Shown here piece by piece: positions 37,940 through 48,345 of a DNA stretch of 64,000 bases. The notes under the pieces are model-generated. The model did no database searches. It worked only from the letters and a program-made list of their open reading frames with translations, and was not told the origin of the DNA. The translations under genes were made by a program, and so were the position numbers. Within the stretch, counting starts at the first letter, position 1; the number at the start of each line of letters is the position of its first letter. This stretch comes from an uncultured virus (IMG/VR IMGVR_UViG_3300027563_000599) (taxonomy: Duplodnaviria; Heunggongvirae; Uroviricota; Caudoviricetes). The stretch lies in the IMG/VR virus record IMGVR_UViG_3300027563_000599, one strand, 5' to 3'.

Positions 37940-40900
37940 TAGATTACTCCGCTGCCCGGTGCAGTTCTAAGATTTGTACTTGTTAGTGCTTCGATCACTT
38001 GAATGTCTGCCACCGTGGCTCCGTTGACAAAAATTTCATTTGGTGCAGATCTAATTTCATACAAATCGCCAAAACTTTTTTGTGGGTTCAATGGTACCAA
38101 CACTACAGAACTTATTACGTCGCCAATTTGCTGGTGCAGGTATCCCGACAGTTCTGAGAAATAAAATGTGTCGCCAAAGTCCCAATTTTCAATTGCAAAA
38201 TATGCATCAATATTGGCCACTACCAAACTTTTGATTTCACTTACAGATGCAGTAGAGTTACTGGCACGGATAACCTTGATAGTTGCTTGCAACTGTTCTG
38301 CTGCTTTGGCACCAAACAATGGTTTGAATACCACAGAGTTGATGATCATGTTGTCGGAAATCATTTTGTAATCTTGCAGTCCAGCATACTCTGTGGTCAG
38401 CGTGTCTATAGACGGTGGCGCAGGTTCTGGTATAGACCCTGTTGAGTCTAAAATATAGTTTCGATATGCTGCATAATATGCACTGGTTACTACATATATA
38501 TCGATGATGTTGGTTGATCCTGGATCAATGCGGTTAGTAAGAGGACTATTGTGTCTATATTGGAAATACAGATCTTGACGTCCCACTCGGGTTATGTATT
38601 CAGTTGTTGGCACCAGTATTCTTGTTCCTGTGGCTGTTGCTGTCAGTACATAAAATGCTGGATCGGTGGTGTATGAGTTGCTTGTGGTATTGAACACACC
38701 ATAGGCATAAAATACCTGGCCTGGTATATATTGTGCTTTGTACAATTCAATTTCATCAAGAGTTGCATATTGATCATTGACCACGCCTTTGTTGATCAGC
38801 AAGTATCTTTCGAGATTGTCAATGTCTACAATTCGTTGGAAAAACACTTGTTTGGTTGTGGAGTCAATATTGGGTGCAACGATTGTGTCGAAAAAATCCG
38901 GATCGTCTGGAACGCCGTCTGAATCTCTATCTTGCCATGTTACCAAGACCTGATAGTCGTCTACATAACCATCGGGCTGCACAGGTTGGTCAATAATGCG
39001 CATGGAAACATCACTTTCCAATGGCAGGTTCGAATCTGGTCTGCTGTTTGTTTTTAACACTCGCACAAAGTCGCGAATGGTTGTGCCAGTTCGACTGTCA
39101 TAAATTTGTTCGTCGCCGTAAAAGAAGAATCGTGTTTGAATCACACTGCCAAAATAGTAATTCAAAGACCGAATGGTCACTGTGTATGATTCACCGTCGG
39201 TGACAAATTGCAAAAACCAACTGGCGTCTAGATTTGCTCCAGATGTATCGCCTTCGTAAGCTGGACTCCAGTCTGCGTCAATGTCAATATTGGTAGAAGT
39301 AATCAAGTACCACTCATTGGTCAAATTGTCGTAGCCGAGGCCAAAATTTCGATACAGTTCGATCTGTGCCAATGCACTGTTGCGCACCTCTGTTCCCAAG
39401 TCAGTGCTAAACAATGGAATAACTTGAGTACACACTGCACCGGTTGGCACATAGTTGTTGAGCACCACAGGACCCAATCCATTGCTAAAATTGCCCAGGC
39501 CTTGATTTGTTCCGTCAATGTATATTGCTTGGGCAGCGGCCCAAATTGTTAATTTTTCGTCAGCACGGGTAGGTACACCTAGCACCAATCGGTTGTTGGC
39601 GTCAAAATAGTATCCAGTGGGTGGCACAAATTTGATCAAGCTGCCAACTTTTACGTATTTCATGTTGTTGCTGGCGTAGATACCAAGCGACACAGGTGTG
39701 CCAGCTGGATTTTTAAAATAGCCGGTGGTTTCGTTTGCCAATGTTGTGCTTTGATTCCATGTCACTCCGAGTGCAGACAACAACGGTCTTGGATAATTGG
39801 CATAGTAAAATTGTGTGGCAGCATTGTCGGTCAATCGTGATTCAACTCGATTGGTAATGACATCACTGATGTCATTGGTGGTTAACCAGGTGAACAAAAA
39901 TGTTGGCAACACATTGCTTTCATACAAAGCACCGTCGCTACCAAATGTGTTGGTAGAAGAATATTTGCCGGTGTTGTCAACCAGGTCAAGATATCTACTG
40001 GTACCAATTGACGCACGGTTCAGTGCCTTGCTTTTGATAATTGAGTTGTAGGCTGTGAATGGAAAGTTGTTGTAATCTTCCCCGTTGACCATGCGGTTTT
40101 GTGTGTAGTATCGAGCAGGAGCACGTTGCTTTATTTCATTGATTGTTTCTCTAGCCAGAGCATTGCTCACTGGTTCTGTAATACCACAGGTCAAGGTGAG
40201 TGTTTCCAGTTGTCCACTACGACTGACATAACTGATACTCAAAATCACGTTTTGCATTTCTTCTGGATTGATAATGTACTGCAACCCATTGCTTGCACGA
40301 ACATAAGAACGGAATTGTCCAACTGGAATCTCAGAAAACACACCATCGCCAAAGTTCATGGTGATTTGATCATTTGCTCTGCTGGTGACTGAATACAAAG
40401 GACGCAACGAGGCCTGTTGCTCAACTGCGGCAGTATACACACTTTCAACAAATACCCACTCTCGAGCAACATTGCCCACGTTGTCCAATTGATACAACCA
40501 ACGATCAGTGTTGTTGATGCCTTCAATGTTGATGTTTACTGCCCGGTTGGCAATGCGTTCTGGCAAGTTGAAATCTTGATTTTGCAAAACACCTTGCTTG
40601 AACAACAAGAAGAATCCTGTGTTGGCACTTGCAAACCCCAACTGATCATTACGAAACAAGAAATTAAATTGTCCGTTGGGTCGCGGACTAGGCTCGTACA
40701 CATAATCGCGGCCACTGGCAGTGCTACTGACAGCTTCAAATGGCATGTTGATTCCGTCGATCACTGCGCTGTATGGCAACACAGGCAAAAAGCCTGGCAA
40801 CAGGTTAACGGTATACTCGTCTGTGCGAATTCCTTGAATTGTGGTTCTGTTGCCGGGGCGGCCAATGCGTTGAGTGTTTAGCAGTGCAGCATTGATGATG

Positions 40901-41373
40901 GCAGTGAACTGTTCTTGCCAATCAAAATTGGTTGGATCTGCCCAGTTCACCGTGATGTTGGCCAAGTTAATGCCGTTGTAGTCTACAATATTTTCTGTAG
41001 TTTGAATTGAAAATACTTTGAGATAGCCCGATGATTCGGTGTTGCGCTTGGGGGTATATCCCACCAGGTTGGCCAGTTTGACCACGCTGTCACGCCGCTC
41101 AGCAGTGTCTAGATAGTTTTCACGAGTGTTTAGATCTGTACGAAATGCCAGGGCCTGACCCATAAATGCCATGACATCCAGCAAGGCAATAAATTCACTT
41201 GACTCAATGTAGTCGTTGAATGTTTCTGGGTAGTATAATCGTAGATAATCTACAAAACTTTTGCGCAAAGTCTCAAAGTCATAACTTTGGAAGTCGGCTT
41301 CGCGGTAGGTCTGGTAGATTCTTTTCCAATCCTCTACACCAAATACCGTGGTTTGTCTAGTAGTTTTTGCCAT
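37939..41373 (-). CDS. gp6: Baseplate wedge subunit, T4 gp6-like
   Basis: ADFQSYDFETLRK..., FNDYIESSE, ENYLDTAERRDSVVKLANLVGYTPKR, FGDGVF, ETINEIKQRAPARYYTQNRMVNGEDY. Confidence 0.85.
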   Translation of the reverse strand: MAKTTRQTTVFGVEDWKRIYQTYREADFQSYDFETLRKSFVDYLRLYYPETFNDYIESSEFIALLDVMAFMGQALAFRTDLNTRENYLDTAERRDSVVKLANLVGYTPKRNTESSGYLKVFSIQTTENIVDYNGINLANITVNWADPTNFDWQEQFTAIINAALLNTQRIGRPGNRTTIQGIRTDEYTVNLLPGFLPVLPYSAVIDGINMPFEAVSSTASGRDYVYEPSPRPNGQFNFLFRNDQLGFASANTGFFLLFKQGVLQNQDFNLPERIANRAVNINIEGINNTDRWLYQLDNVGNVAREWVFVESVYTAAVEQQASLRPLYSVTSRANDQITMNFGDGVFSEIPVGQFRSYVRASNGLQYIINPEEMQNVILSISYVSRSGQLETLTLTCGITEPVSNALARETINEIKQRAPARYYTQNRMVNGEDYNNFPFTAYNSIIKSKALNRASIGTSRYLDLVDNTGKYSSTNTFGSDGALYESNVLPTFLFTWLTTNDISDVITNRVESRLTDNAATQFYYANYPRPLLSALGVTWNQSTTLANETTGYFKNPAGTPVSLGIYASNNMKYVKVGSLIKFVPPTGYYFDANNRLVLGVPTRADEKLTIWAAAQAIYIDGTNQGLGNFSNGLGPVVLNNYVPTGAVCTQVIPLFSTDLGTEVRNSALAQIELYRNFGLGYDNLTNEWYLITSTNIDIDADWSPAYEGDTSGANLDASWFLQFVTDGESYTVTIRSLNYYFGSVIQTRFFFYGDEQIYDSRTGTTIRDFVRVLKTNSRPDSNLPLESDVSMRIIDQPVQPDGYVDDYQVLVTWQDRDSDGVPDDPDFFDTIVAPNIDSTTKQVFFQRIVDIDNLERYLLINKGVVNDQYATLDEIELYKAQYIPGQVFYAYGVFNTTSNSYTTDPAFYVLTATATGTRILVPTTEYITRVGRQDLYFQYRHNSPLTNRIDPGSTNIIDIYVVTSAYYAAYRNYILDSTGSIPEPAPPSIDTLTTEYAGLQDYKMISDNMIINSVVFKPLFGAKAAEQLQATIKVIRASNSTASVSEIKSLVVANIDAYFAIENWDFGDTFYFSELSGYLHQQIGDVISSVVLVPLNPQKSFGDLYEIRSAPNEIFVNGATVADIQVIEALTSTNLRTAPGSGVI

Positions 41374-41392
41374 AATAATCCATCTTGTAGAT

Positions 41393-41412
41393 TATTTATG
41401 GCAAAAATAAAC
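41393..41412 (-). promoter_or_regulatory. Late promoter with extended upstream element GTTTATTTTTGCCATAAATA
   Basis: 19/20 identical to 50895..50914; lies upstream of the gp6-like gene. Confidence 0.6.
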
Positions 41413-41426
41413 CACCCAGTTTATGT

Positions 41427-41801
41427 TTAGGTGTAGCTGGCAGTGCGAGTCTGCTGGTCAAAATACAGTGTCAAGAACTCGGTGGTTTGCCCAGGCACCA
41501 TCATCAATGCTAACTGAATCAATATACCGTTGTCTTGCGGAAACATTTCAGCTGATTGAATATAAATTCTTGGATCCAGGCTGGCCACACGATTTATTTC
41601 TGCTAGAATAGCACGTTCAGTATCTTGGGTTTGATTTTCAAACAAATAACTCCAGATCACAGTTCCGTATCCGGGACGGCCGACCACCTGGCCCTGTTGT
41701 ATGTTAAATGCGTTCAACAGATCTCGCTTGACCAATTCAAAATCCACCAGTGTGAATTTTTTTGATTGCCCAATTGTGTTAAATCCTACAAATGTTGTCA
41801 T
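41427..41801 (-). CDS. gp25: Baseplate wedge subunit, T4 gp25-like
   Basis: LVDFELVKRDLLNAFNIQQGQVVGRPGYGTVIWSYLFE...DPRI; GTAAATA ends 5 nt upstream. Confidence 0.85.
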   Translation of the reverse strand: MTTFVGFNTIGQSKKFTLVDFELVKRDLLNAFNIQQGQVVGRPGYGTVIWSYLFENQTQDTERAILAEINRVASLDPRIYIQSAEMFPQDNGILIQLALMMVPGQTTEFLTLYFDQQTRTASYT

Positions 41802-41821
41802 GTTTGTATTTACTCAATTGC

Positions 41822-42973
41822 TTAGGCTGCGCGAACCGGCGGTAACCCCAACCGTGCTCTAATAACTGGGTCATCGCCGGTATATGGAGGCGCTTTGGGA
41901 TCCCCCAGTGCATTAATTTTACTATCAATGTTTGCTGCTGTTAGGCCGCCAGTCAAGCCAGATATAGCGCCGGCTCCAGGTAAGTTGGCCAATGCACCTG
42001 CTCCGGTCACAGTGCCCAGAGCACCCGAGGCTTTAGACAACAGGCCCTGAGCATCGAGGCTCCCACTCAGTGCAGACTTGGCCTTGCTGGCAGCGTCGGT
42101 TAATGCAGAAGTGTCAACGGCTTGAGGACTGAAATTAGGCAACGGTATTTTATCACTGCCAATCAACTTAGAAGTGGCTGCGTTCAGTGTAGATCTATCA
42201 ACTGTTCCTTTGAAACCTGCAGCAGGGACGATTCCTGCCACAGCAGCCGGCAGTTTGAAGTCGCTAAAATTCACTGCAAACTGACCTTGTTTGGCCAGTG
42301 AATCCATCTGAGTTTTCAACCCTGACGTCAGATTGCTGCCAGCACCGGATACTCCAGATATTGCTCCCGACACTCCACTGGCCAACGAGCCTGCTGCGCC
42401 GGATATTGCATCAGTTGCAGATGTTGTGCCTTTGGCCCAGGACACTGCATTGCCAACTCCAAATTTACTGGCATTGGCCAATAACCCACCAAGCTCAGCT
42501 GTGCCTCGGTTGGCCAAACTTGATACATTTGGTAATCCACTGGTTATGCTACCGAGAGCACTAGACGCTCCGCCGAACGCACCGGTTGCACTGCCAACTG
42601 CTCCACTGATTGTACCGGTTATTCCACCAAGGGCACCGGTTACTCCGCTGAGTGGCCCAGAAAGATTTGAAAGGCTGTCACCGGCCAGGCTACTCAGTGC
42701 CTTGGGTGCCGCCACCAGCCCGGCTGATGCTGATATCAAATTCTTTCCTGCATTGGCGGCAGCATCGTACAGTTGTCCTGTTGGCTTTTTTAAATCAGTA
42801 CCGGGTGTTACTATTTCCCCAGTTTTGACCAAGGTGTCAAAACTGGATTTCATTAGCCCAAATTGAATTTTATCTTGCAGTGGGGGATTCTTCAACAAAT
42901 CTGTCACGGCTGCTACACCGTCTTTGCCGGTCCAGACACTGGGACTTTTTAATACATCCATTGGTCTAATCAT
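41822..42973 (-). CDS. Gly/Ala/Ser-rich baseplate-associated protein
   Basis: N-terminal SPSVWTGKDGV..LLKNP.LQ, then low-complexity G/A/S; lies between gp5-like and gp25-like genes. Confidence 0.6.
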   Translation of the reverse strand: MIRPMDVLKSPSVWTGKDGVAAVTDLLKNPPLQDKIQFGLMKSSFDTLVKTGEIVTPGTDLKKPTGQLYDAAANAGKNLISASAGLVAAPKALSSLAGDSLSNLSGPLSGVTGALGGITGTISGAVGSATGAFGGASSALGSITSGLPNVSSLANRGTAELGGLLANASKFGVGNAVSWAKGTTSATDAISGAAGSLASGVSGAISGVSGAGSNLTSGLKTQMDSLAKQGQFAVNFSDFKLPAAVAGIVPAAGFKGTVDRSTLNAATSKLIGSDKIPLPNFSPQAVDTSALTDAASKAKSALSGSLDAQGLLSKASGALGTVTGAGALANLPGAGAISGLTGGLTAANIDSKINALGDPKAPPYTGDDPVIRARLGLPPVRAA

Positions 42974-43551
42974 TGTGTTTGTCCTAGAAATCTAGCAGTG
43001 GTACCGCACTTTAGGTATCCAGCGTCTTCTAATTGTTGCACACTTAGACCGTATTTGCCAACACCAAGTTCGTCGGTTGCTACATCAGCTGGCTGGCATA
43101 CACTGGCTGCTACCGCTGCCATCACAGCCTGTACTTGTGTGGTTGACAGTGGACCAATTGATTCTGTCACTGTTGATTGATCCACATAATCTGCTGTGGT
43201 TATGCCGTTGTTGATTGGTACGTCTGTCAACAAGGGCAAAGACGACACAATTATTGTATTGTTCAAGCCAGTATTGTTGGTTACACCAGTGGATCCAATG
43301 CCGCCACCTTTGTAAATTGCCAACAGTGGTACATCTGGAACACCAGCTGTTCCACGTGAGAGCCTTGACTGGCTAAATTCAATCACTGTGTCGGCAAGTG
43401 ACTGCAACTGATCCCCAGATCTCAGTCCAACAAATGCACCAGCAGCCAGTTGTTCAAGATAAATTTTTTCTGCTTGTGCCAGGGTTGAACCAGCAGGTCC
43501 TTCGAGTGTGAACAACTGCCCGTTTGGCAACACAAATGTAAATTTAGCCAT
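42970..43551 (-). CDS. Baseplate-associated hypothetical protein
   Basis: GGAG Shine-Dalgarno 6 nt before the ATG at 43551; C-terminal GVGKYGLSVQQLEDAGYLK. Confidence 0.6.
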   Translation of the reverse strand: MAKFTFVLPNGQLFTLEGPAGSTLAQAEKIYLEQLAAGAFVGLRSGDQLQSLADTVIEFSQSRLSRGTAGVPDVPLLAIYKGGGIGSTGVTNNTGLNNTIIVSSLPLLTDVPINNGITTADYVDQSTVTESIGPLSTTQVQAVMAAVAASVCQPADVATDELGVGKYGLSVQQLEDAGYLKCGTTARFLGQTQ

Positions 43552-45073
43552 TGGCATCTCCGGTTACTGTGCCTGACCAACCCGAAGGCACAGACGGAGT
43601 ATTGGGCGGAGTAGTTGGTTGTCCTTCTTCCATGGCCACTTCCACGCTGACACCTTGATTGTGAAATGGCCATGGTTCGTGTGTGGGTGCTCGTGTCACA
43701 ATGCTTTCTAATCCAGTGGCTGCAATTTGCCAGCCGGTGGCATTGTTGAATTCTGTGTTGGGCATTACACGTTTTTCCAATTTGACAGGTGCTGCAACTG
43801 ATTCGGCTGAGCCGCCATTAAGATCAATACCGCCTGCTTGCAGTACCATGGCGCCGCCGGCGTTCCAGGACCCCTTGTTGCTGACCATTGCGAGACTGCC
43901 ATCTGCTAATACTCCAATACGAGCTTTGCTGTAAAAAGTCATTTCGTCATTGCTGAACACAGTTAACTTTTTTTCAGTTTCCAGCGTGGTACCTGCCATG
44001 CTTTTCATGTTGATGGTTTTGCCGGCAAACATGTTGATATCTTCGTCTGCATGCAAATTGATTGTGCCTTGTGTTCTCACATTGACTGAGTTTGTGGCAT
44101 ATACATCTAAGGTGCCTTCTTGTCCAAACTCCAGCCATGTTTGTCCATTGGCATGAATGATATAGAAAAAATTGCCATCGTCGCTCATGGTGATCTGGTG
44201 TCCGCCAGCGGTGCGAATTCTTACTAAATTATCTTTCCCTTCAAGATCGCCATCATCCAATACAATACTATGGCCGCCTCGACGACCGACCACATTTACG
44301 TCTGTGGCAGTGATAGATCCGGCGGCAATGCGTTTTTTAATGTCAGACTCACTGATGCCACCTTGATACACTGCACGACCCGGAGTACTCAGTCCAAAGA
44401 CACCGCTGGGACTTTCTCGTTGACTGGTTGAACTGATTGGTCCTCGCTGAACGTCTGCCAAGGTACCTTGTTGAAACATTTCTGCTGTTACAAAACTGTG
44501 TACTGGTTTAGGTTGTTTGAAAAACTGCGGGTTGTCATCAATCTTGGAATTTTCCGGATTGATTTCTGTCACTGGCAACACAGTGGCGCCTTTGTAATAG
44601 CTTTTTTGATCACTGTTTTGCAAATCAAATGCAGAGCTTGCACCAATTGCTGGAATCATGTGAGTCATGCCTTGGTCCGGAATACAGCCAATGTAATATC
44701 CCAAGTTAGGGTCTCCGCTGGCAAACACACACAACACGCTCACACCCAGGTCTGGAGGAGTAAACCACATGCCGTAGCTTTGTGGATTGCCGCCAATGTA
44801 GCCGCCCACACTGTTAGTGTCGCCTTTGTTGCCGGGACTGCGTGGTGTTGCTCCGTAGAATGAAGGACAGTAACTCACTGTGCGCCACAATGTTTTATCT
44901 TCTGGATCTGTACCGGCAAACTGTTCAATGTACACTTGTAATCGGCCTTGTCTTGTGGGGTCAACGTTGTTTTTGACCACTCCAACAAAGGGTCCAAAAG
45001 CCGCAGTTGTGCCGCCACGATCAAGTTTGTAGTTTGGTGCAACTCCACTGTTTCTAATGATATTGTCTGACAT
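43544..45073 (-). CDS. gp5: Baseplate hub/central spike protein, T4 gp5/VgrG-like
   Basis: OB-fold GVVKNNVDPTRQGRLQVYI...SYGMWFTPPD.G..VLC.F; beta-helix region RIRTAGGHQITMSD...; IDLNG. Confidence 0.8.
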   Translation of the reverse strand: MSDNIIRNSGVAPNYKLDRGGTTAAFGPFVGVVKNNVDPTRQGRLQVYIEQFAGTDPEDKTLWRTVSYCPSFYGATPRSPGNKGDTNSVGGYIGGNPQSYGMWFTPPDLGVSVLCVFASGDPNLGYYIGCIPDQGMTHMIPAIGASSAFDLQNSDQKSYYKGATVLPVTEINPENSKIDDNPQFFKQPKPVHSFVTAEMFQQGTLADVQRGPISSTSQRESPSGVFGLSTPGRAVYQGGISESDIKKRIAAGSITATDVNVVGRRGGHSIVLDDGDLEGKDNLVRIRTAGGHQITMSDDGNFFYIIHANGQTWLEFGQEGTLDVYATNSVNVRTQGTINLHADEDINMFAGKTINMKSMAGTTLETEKKLTVFSNDEMTFYSKARIGVLADGSLAMVSNKGSWNAGGAMVLQAGGIDLNGGSAESVAAPVKLEKRVMPNTEFNNATGWQIAATGLESIVTRAPTHEPWPFHNQGVSVEVAMEEGQPTTPPNTPSVPSGWSGTVTGDANG

Positions 45074-46866
45074 TATGGTTCTCTGTTCATTATTTGATTT
45101 ACTGGAGGAATAGTTGTAAATGCAGCAGCATCATCATCGGCTGCTATTTGTTCTTGACGTATAGCCGCATCTTCCGCTGCCAACACTCCGTACGGATCAG
45201 TTGGAGGTCGGCGCAGGCTTGCAAATGCTTCTGCATCCCCTTGTGCTGCTGCATCCGCAGCTATGGCAGCATCTTCAGCTGCCAACACTCCATAAGGATC
45301 AGTTGGAGGGACAGTTTTAAATGCGGCAGCATCATTGGCAGCCACTGCTGCTTCTGCTATGGCTGCGTCTTCTGCTGCAAATATTTCGTTTCTTTGTGCA
45401 TCGGTCATGACGTTGGGTGGTCGTACCTGGCCAGCAGCTATGGCATTGTCAATTCTGCGAACATCTGCTTGAGAGGCGCTTTCAGCACGCTGAGTATTGT
45501 TGTTTTTGCCAGCAGCAGCGGCAGCAGTAGCTGGATCCAATAAATCAATAAAAGTTCCTTTGATGTCTTGTTCAAATCTACCTTTGCTGAATCTACTAAC
45601 AACTTGCGTAGTTTTGTATGTATACACCGCTGAGGCTGTACCTGTTTTGTTGGGGTTGGCTAGGCCGGTGCCTGTTAGATCATAGTCAACTCCAGGATTC
45701 CATTGTATATCAAAAATAATTTCCTGAGCGTCAAAATTGATTCCGCCATCGGGATTGAACGGATTAAAATTAAAGTTGAGTGAGCTGATGCCGGTAGCAG
45801 CTTCTCCTTGCTGTAGCCAGGCCGGATCGCCTACAATGTTCAACTCACAGTTGGCAATGTCTGACCTGCTGTACAAGTAATCCGCTGCTGATGCACCTAT
45901 TGAGTTTGTTCGGCCGTCGGCTCCCTGACTGCCGCTGTCTGCCACAGCCGCTTGATATTCACGAGGAGGTGTTTCTCTGTTGTTTGCAATTCGTGTGGCA
46001 GTCAACAACTGAGGGCTGGTAAATGTTGTGTGGTATAATTTGTTAAAACTTTGTTCGAATCTCAACACCTGAGTGTTTTGTCCTGTGAACCAGTATTTGT
46101 AGCTCTTGTGTCGGCCGCGCAAGGTTGCGTTTGAAAAATATTCACTTTCCATACTGTTTATAGGATACGCAGAAATCACATATGTGATGTTGTAAGCATA
46201 GTCATTGCGTTTTTTGTCCAGCTTGATTGGAGTGGTCTGCACTGAAATTTTGTACCAGACCAAATTTCCCAGTGGTTTTTGTGGTTTTGGTTTTTGCGTT
46301 GGTTCATCAATTATGGCAGATGCTTGATCAGCAATATAGGTGCTGTTTTTTAATATTTCATCCAGAATAACCACAATCGGTGTGCCGGCTTTGGCGTCAA
46401 AAGTTCTCACATCATAATCAGCAGAGTTGGTGTTAGGATTGACCTTGTCTGACGGGCTTTTTGACTGTTGCATAGGCACCTTGGCCTTGTTGGGCTTGCC
46501 GCCCTTGGTAACACGGGCATCTCCCAGGCCAGCAGGTGCAAATTCTATGCTGTAGTGATTGGCCACTTCCCAAATTCCAGCACTCACAAGGTCAGCTTCT
46601 TGTTTGTTCAATGCAGCGATGAGACCAACTGCAATATTTTTATTCACACTGGGCGCAGCGTTGGCCTTGGGTGGTGCAGATGTAGCAGATGCAGGTTTGG
46701 TTTGGAGAGTTGAAAGATCTACTGATCTTTCAGTGGGTGTGGAGCCTCGTACCAAAATTGCTTGTTTGGCCGCCAACTCCTCTGGCGTCGATGGTAAGGG
46801 AGTCCCATTGGGTCCGCCGAATCTTTTTTTAGAAATGCGCTCTGCATCAAATAATATATTGGCCAT
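45073..46866 (-). CDS. Baseplate hub-like protein, C-terminal part (gp27/Mu gp44-like), with acidic tail repeats
   Basis: KSYKYWFTGQNTQVL, LNIVGDPAWL, VVSRFSKGRFEQDI; directly upstream of the gp5-like gene. Confidence 0.6.
   Translation of the reverse strand: MANILFDAERISKKRFGGPNGTPLPSTPEELAAKQAILVRGSTPTERSVDLSTLQTKPASATSAPPKANAAPSVNKNIAVGLIAALNKQEADLVSAGIWEVANHYSIEFAPAGLGDARVTKGGKPNKAKVPMQQSKSPSDKVNPNTNSADYDVRTFDAKAGTPIVVILDEILKNSTYIADQASAIIDEPTQKPKPQKPLGNLVWYKISVQTTPIKLDKKRNDYAYNITYVISAYPINSMESEYFSNATLRGRHKSYKYWFTGQNTQVLRFEQSFNKLYHTTFTSPQLLTATRIANNRETPPREYQAAVADSGSQGADGRTNSIGASAADYLYSRSDIANCELNIVGDPAWLQQGEAATGISSLNFNFNPFNPDGGINFDAQEIIFDIQWNPGVDYDLTGTGLANPNKTGTASAVYTYKTTQVVSRFSKGRFEQDIKGTFIDLLDPATAAAAAGKNNNTQRAESASQADVRRIDNAIAAGQVRPPNVMTDAQRNEIFAAEDAAIAEAAVAANDAAAFKTVPPTDPYGVLAAEDAAIAADAAAQGDAEAFASLRRPPTDPYGVLAAEDAAIRQEQIAADDDAAAFTTIPPVNQIMNREP
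45118..45387 (-). repeat. Three copies (one degenerate) of the DPxGVLAAEDAAI...DAxAF coding repeat
   Basis: Visible in translation and in DNA; same unit as 49528..50299. Confidence 0.85.
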
Positions 46867-46869
46867 GTA

Positions 46870-48342
46870 TTATGCTCCTGCTCCTAAACTGTTGATGGTT
46901 CCGCCACCTACTTCTTGATTGGGTGTTCCATCAATCACGGTTGACGTCTGAGGTGTAGGTGTTGTTTGTCTGCCATCATCTGGTGATACTTCTGCCAATA
47001 CTACACCTTTGGTCAGCAGGTCTTTGACTGTGGCTCCTGATATCTCAATATCAGCTTTGATCACACCTAGGTTAGAACCAAATCCTATTGAGTAAGGAAT
47101 AGCTGTTGCTTTGACCTGATATTCAACCAACCTGTTGTTTACACTGAAATTGATGTCAGACAGTCTAAAAGGTATAATTTTTTCCACAACGGCATTGTTG
47201 TTGTCAGAGTCGCTGGCCTGCACAATTTTTCCATTTTGATCGTAGCCGTAAAACCGTATGATCAGTGCATAATAGGCAGCAACATAGGGAACTCCGTTCA
47301 CAGATTCTTCGGTGATTTTTTTGTACACTGATTGTACTGCTTTGTACAAGTTGTCGATCAGTGTTATGCCCGAAGTTTCAGTCACAGTAAAACTCAACTC
47401 AGTGGCGTTGTGGGCTCTATTGCTGCCTTTGCCGGTTATTGTGCTTTTTATTTCTAGATTGTCAAAATAGTAATCCAATCCAAAGAATGGGTTGCGACCT
47501 GCGTTGGTTGAGTTGCTGCCAGCAAAGGTGGTTGATCTAGGATCGCTTGATCCAGTCCTTCTTCCGGACGCATCTCGAAGTTCAGGTTGTACTCCAGCAG
47601 TTCCTGCTGGAGCTCCTCCGCTTTGAATCAATAGGTTGTATTGACTCACTGTTATTTTTGATGTTTTTTGCAGGGTAGTGTACTGCTCCGGTGTCAGCAG
47701 GTACCAGCCAATGTTGTAGGTATAACTGGCATATTGATCCAACACATTGTTTTTTGGCGCAAAAGTACTTTGGCCAGCAGTGGCAGCTGATATAATTTGC
47801 TGTGTGTTTGCAGCAGTAACACCATCATCACCTTTGGTGGCCGCACCGGGTTCACCGCCTGGGCGTCCTTCTGCAAGCGGAATGTACAGTTCTCCTGTTT
47901 CGGGATTTCGACGAGAAGTTGCCAGGGCGCCTTCTTCATTGTATATTGGCAATCCTCTGGTATTGTCGACCGATTGTGTTTCTGTTAAGGTCTTTACCGG
48001 AGGATTGGTTCCTGTTTCTGTGTTGCTGGCCAAGGTGGCAGCTTGATCCGTTGTTAATCTTCCTGTGCTGGTAGGAGCCGGTGCAGGATTCTGTGTGGCT
48101 CCGGTATCACTAGTAGCAACATCTGCGGCTGCTGTCGTTTGAGTCGGTTGTGTTTCATTTTCTTTGTCAACTACAGCTCGTGCTTCATTCAGCAGGCTTT
48201 GTTTGTCTACTGGTGCACCTTTTTCAATTGCAAGATTAATTGCATCTGATGGTAGCTCAGCTCGCGATATAGTTTTTCCAGTATCTGTATCAACGACTAT
48301 GAATAAGCCTGTAGTCGATTGGCGTTTAATTTCATAGGCCAT
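46870..48342 (-). CDS. Baseplate hub-like protein, N-terminal part
   Basis: NVLDQYASYTYNIGWY, DYYFDNLEI, LSFTVTE..GITLIDNL, IRFYGYD; lies between gp53-like and gp5-like genes. Confidence 0.6.
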   Translation of the reverse strand: MAYEIKRQSTTGLFIVVDTDTGKTISRAELPSDAINLAIEKGAPVDKQSLLNEARAVVDKENETQPTQTTAAADVATSDTGATQNPAPAPTSTGRLTTDQAATLASNTETGTNPPVKTLTETQSVDNTRGLPIYNEEGALATSRRNPETGELYIPLAEGRPGGEPGAATKGDDGVTAANTQQIISAATAGQSTFAPKNNVLDQYASYTYNIGWYLLTPEQYTTLQKTSKITVSQYNLLIQSGGAPAGTAGVQPELRDASGRRTGSSDPRSTTFAGSNSTNAGRNPFFGLDYYFDNLEIKSTITGKGSNRAHNATELSFTVTETSGITLIDNLYKAVQSVYKKITEESVNGVPYVAAYYALIIRFYGYDQNGKIVQASDSDNNNAVVEKIIPFRLSDINFSVNNRLVEYQVKATAIPYSIGFGSNLGVIKADIEISGATVKDLLTKGVVLAEVSPDDGRQTTPTPQTSTVIDGTPNQEVGGGTINSLGAGA

Positions 48343-48345
48343 ATA

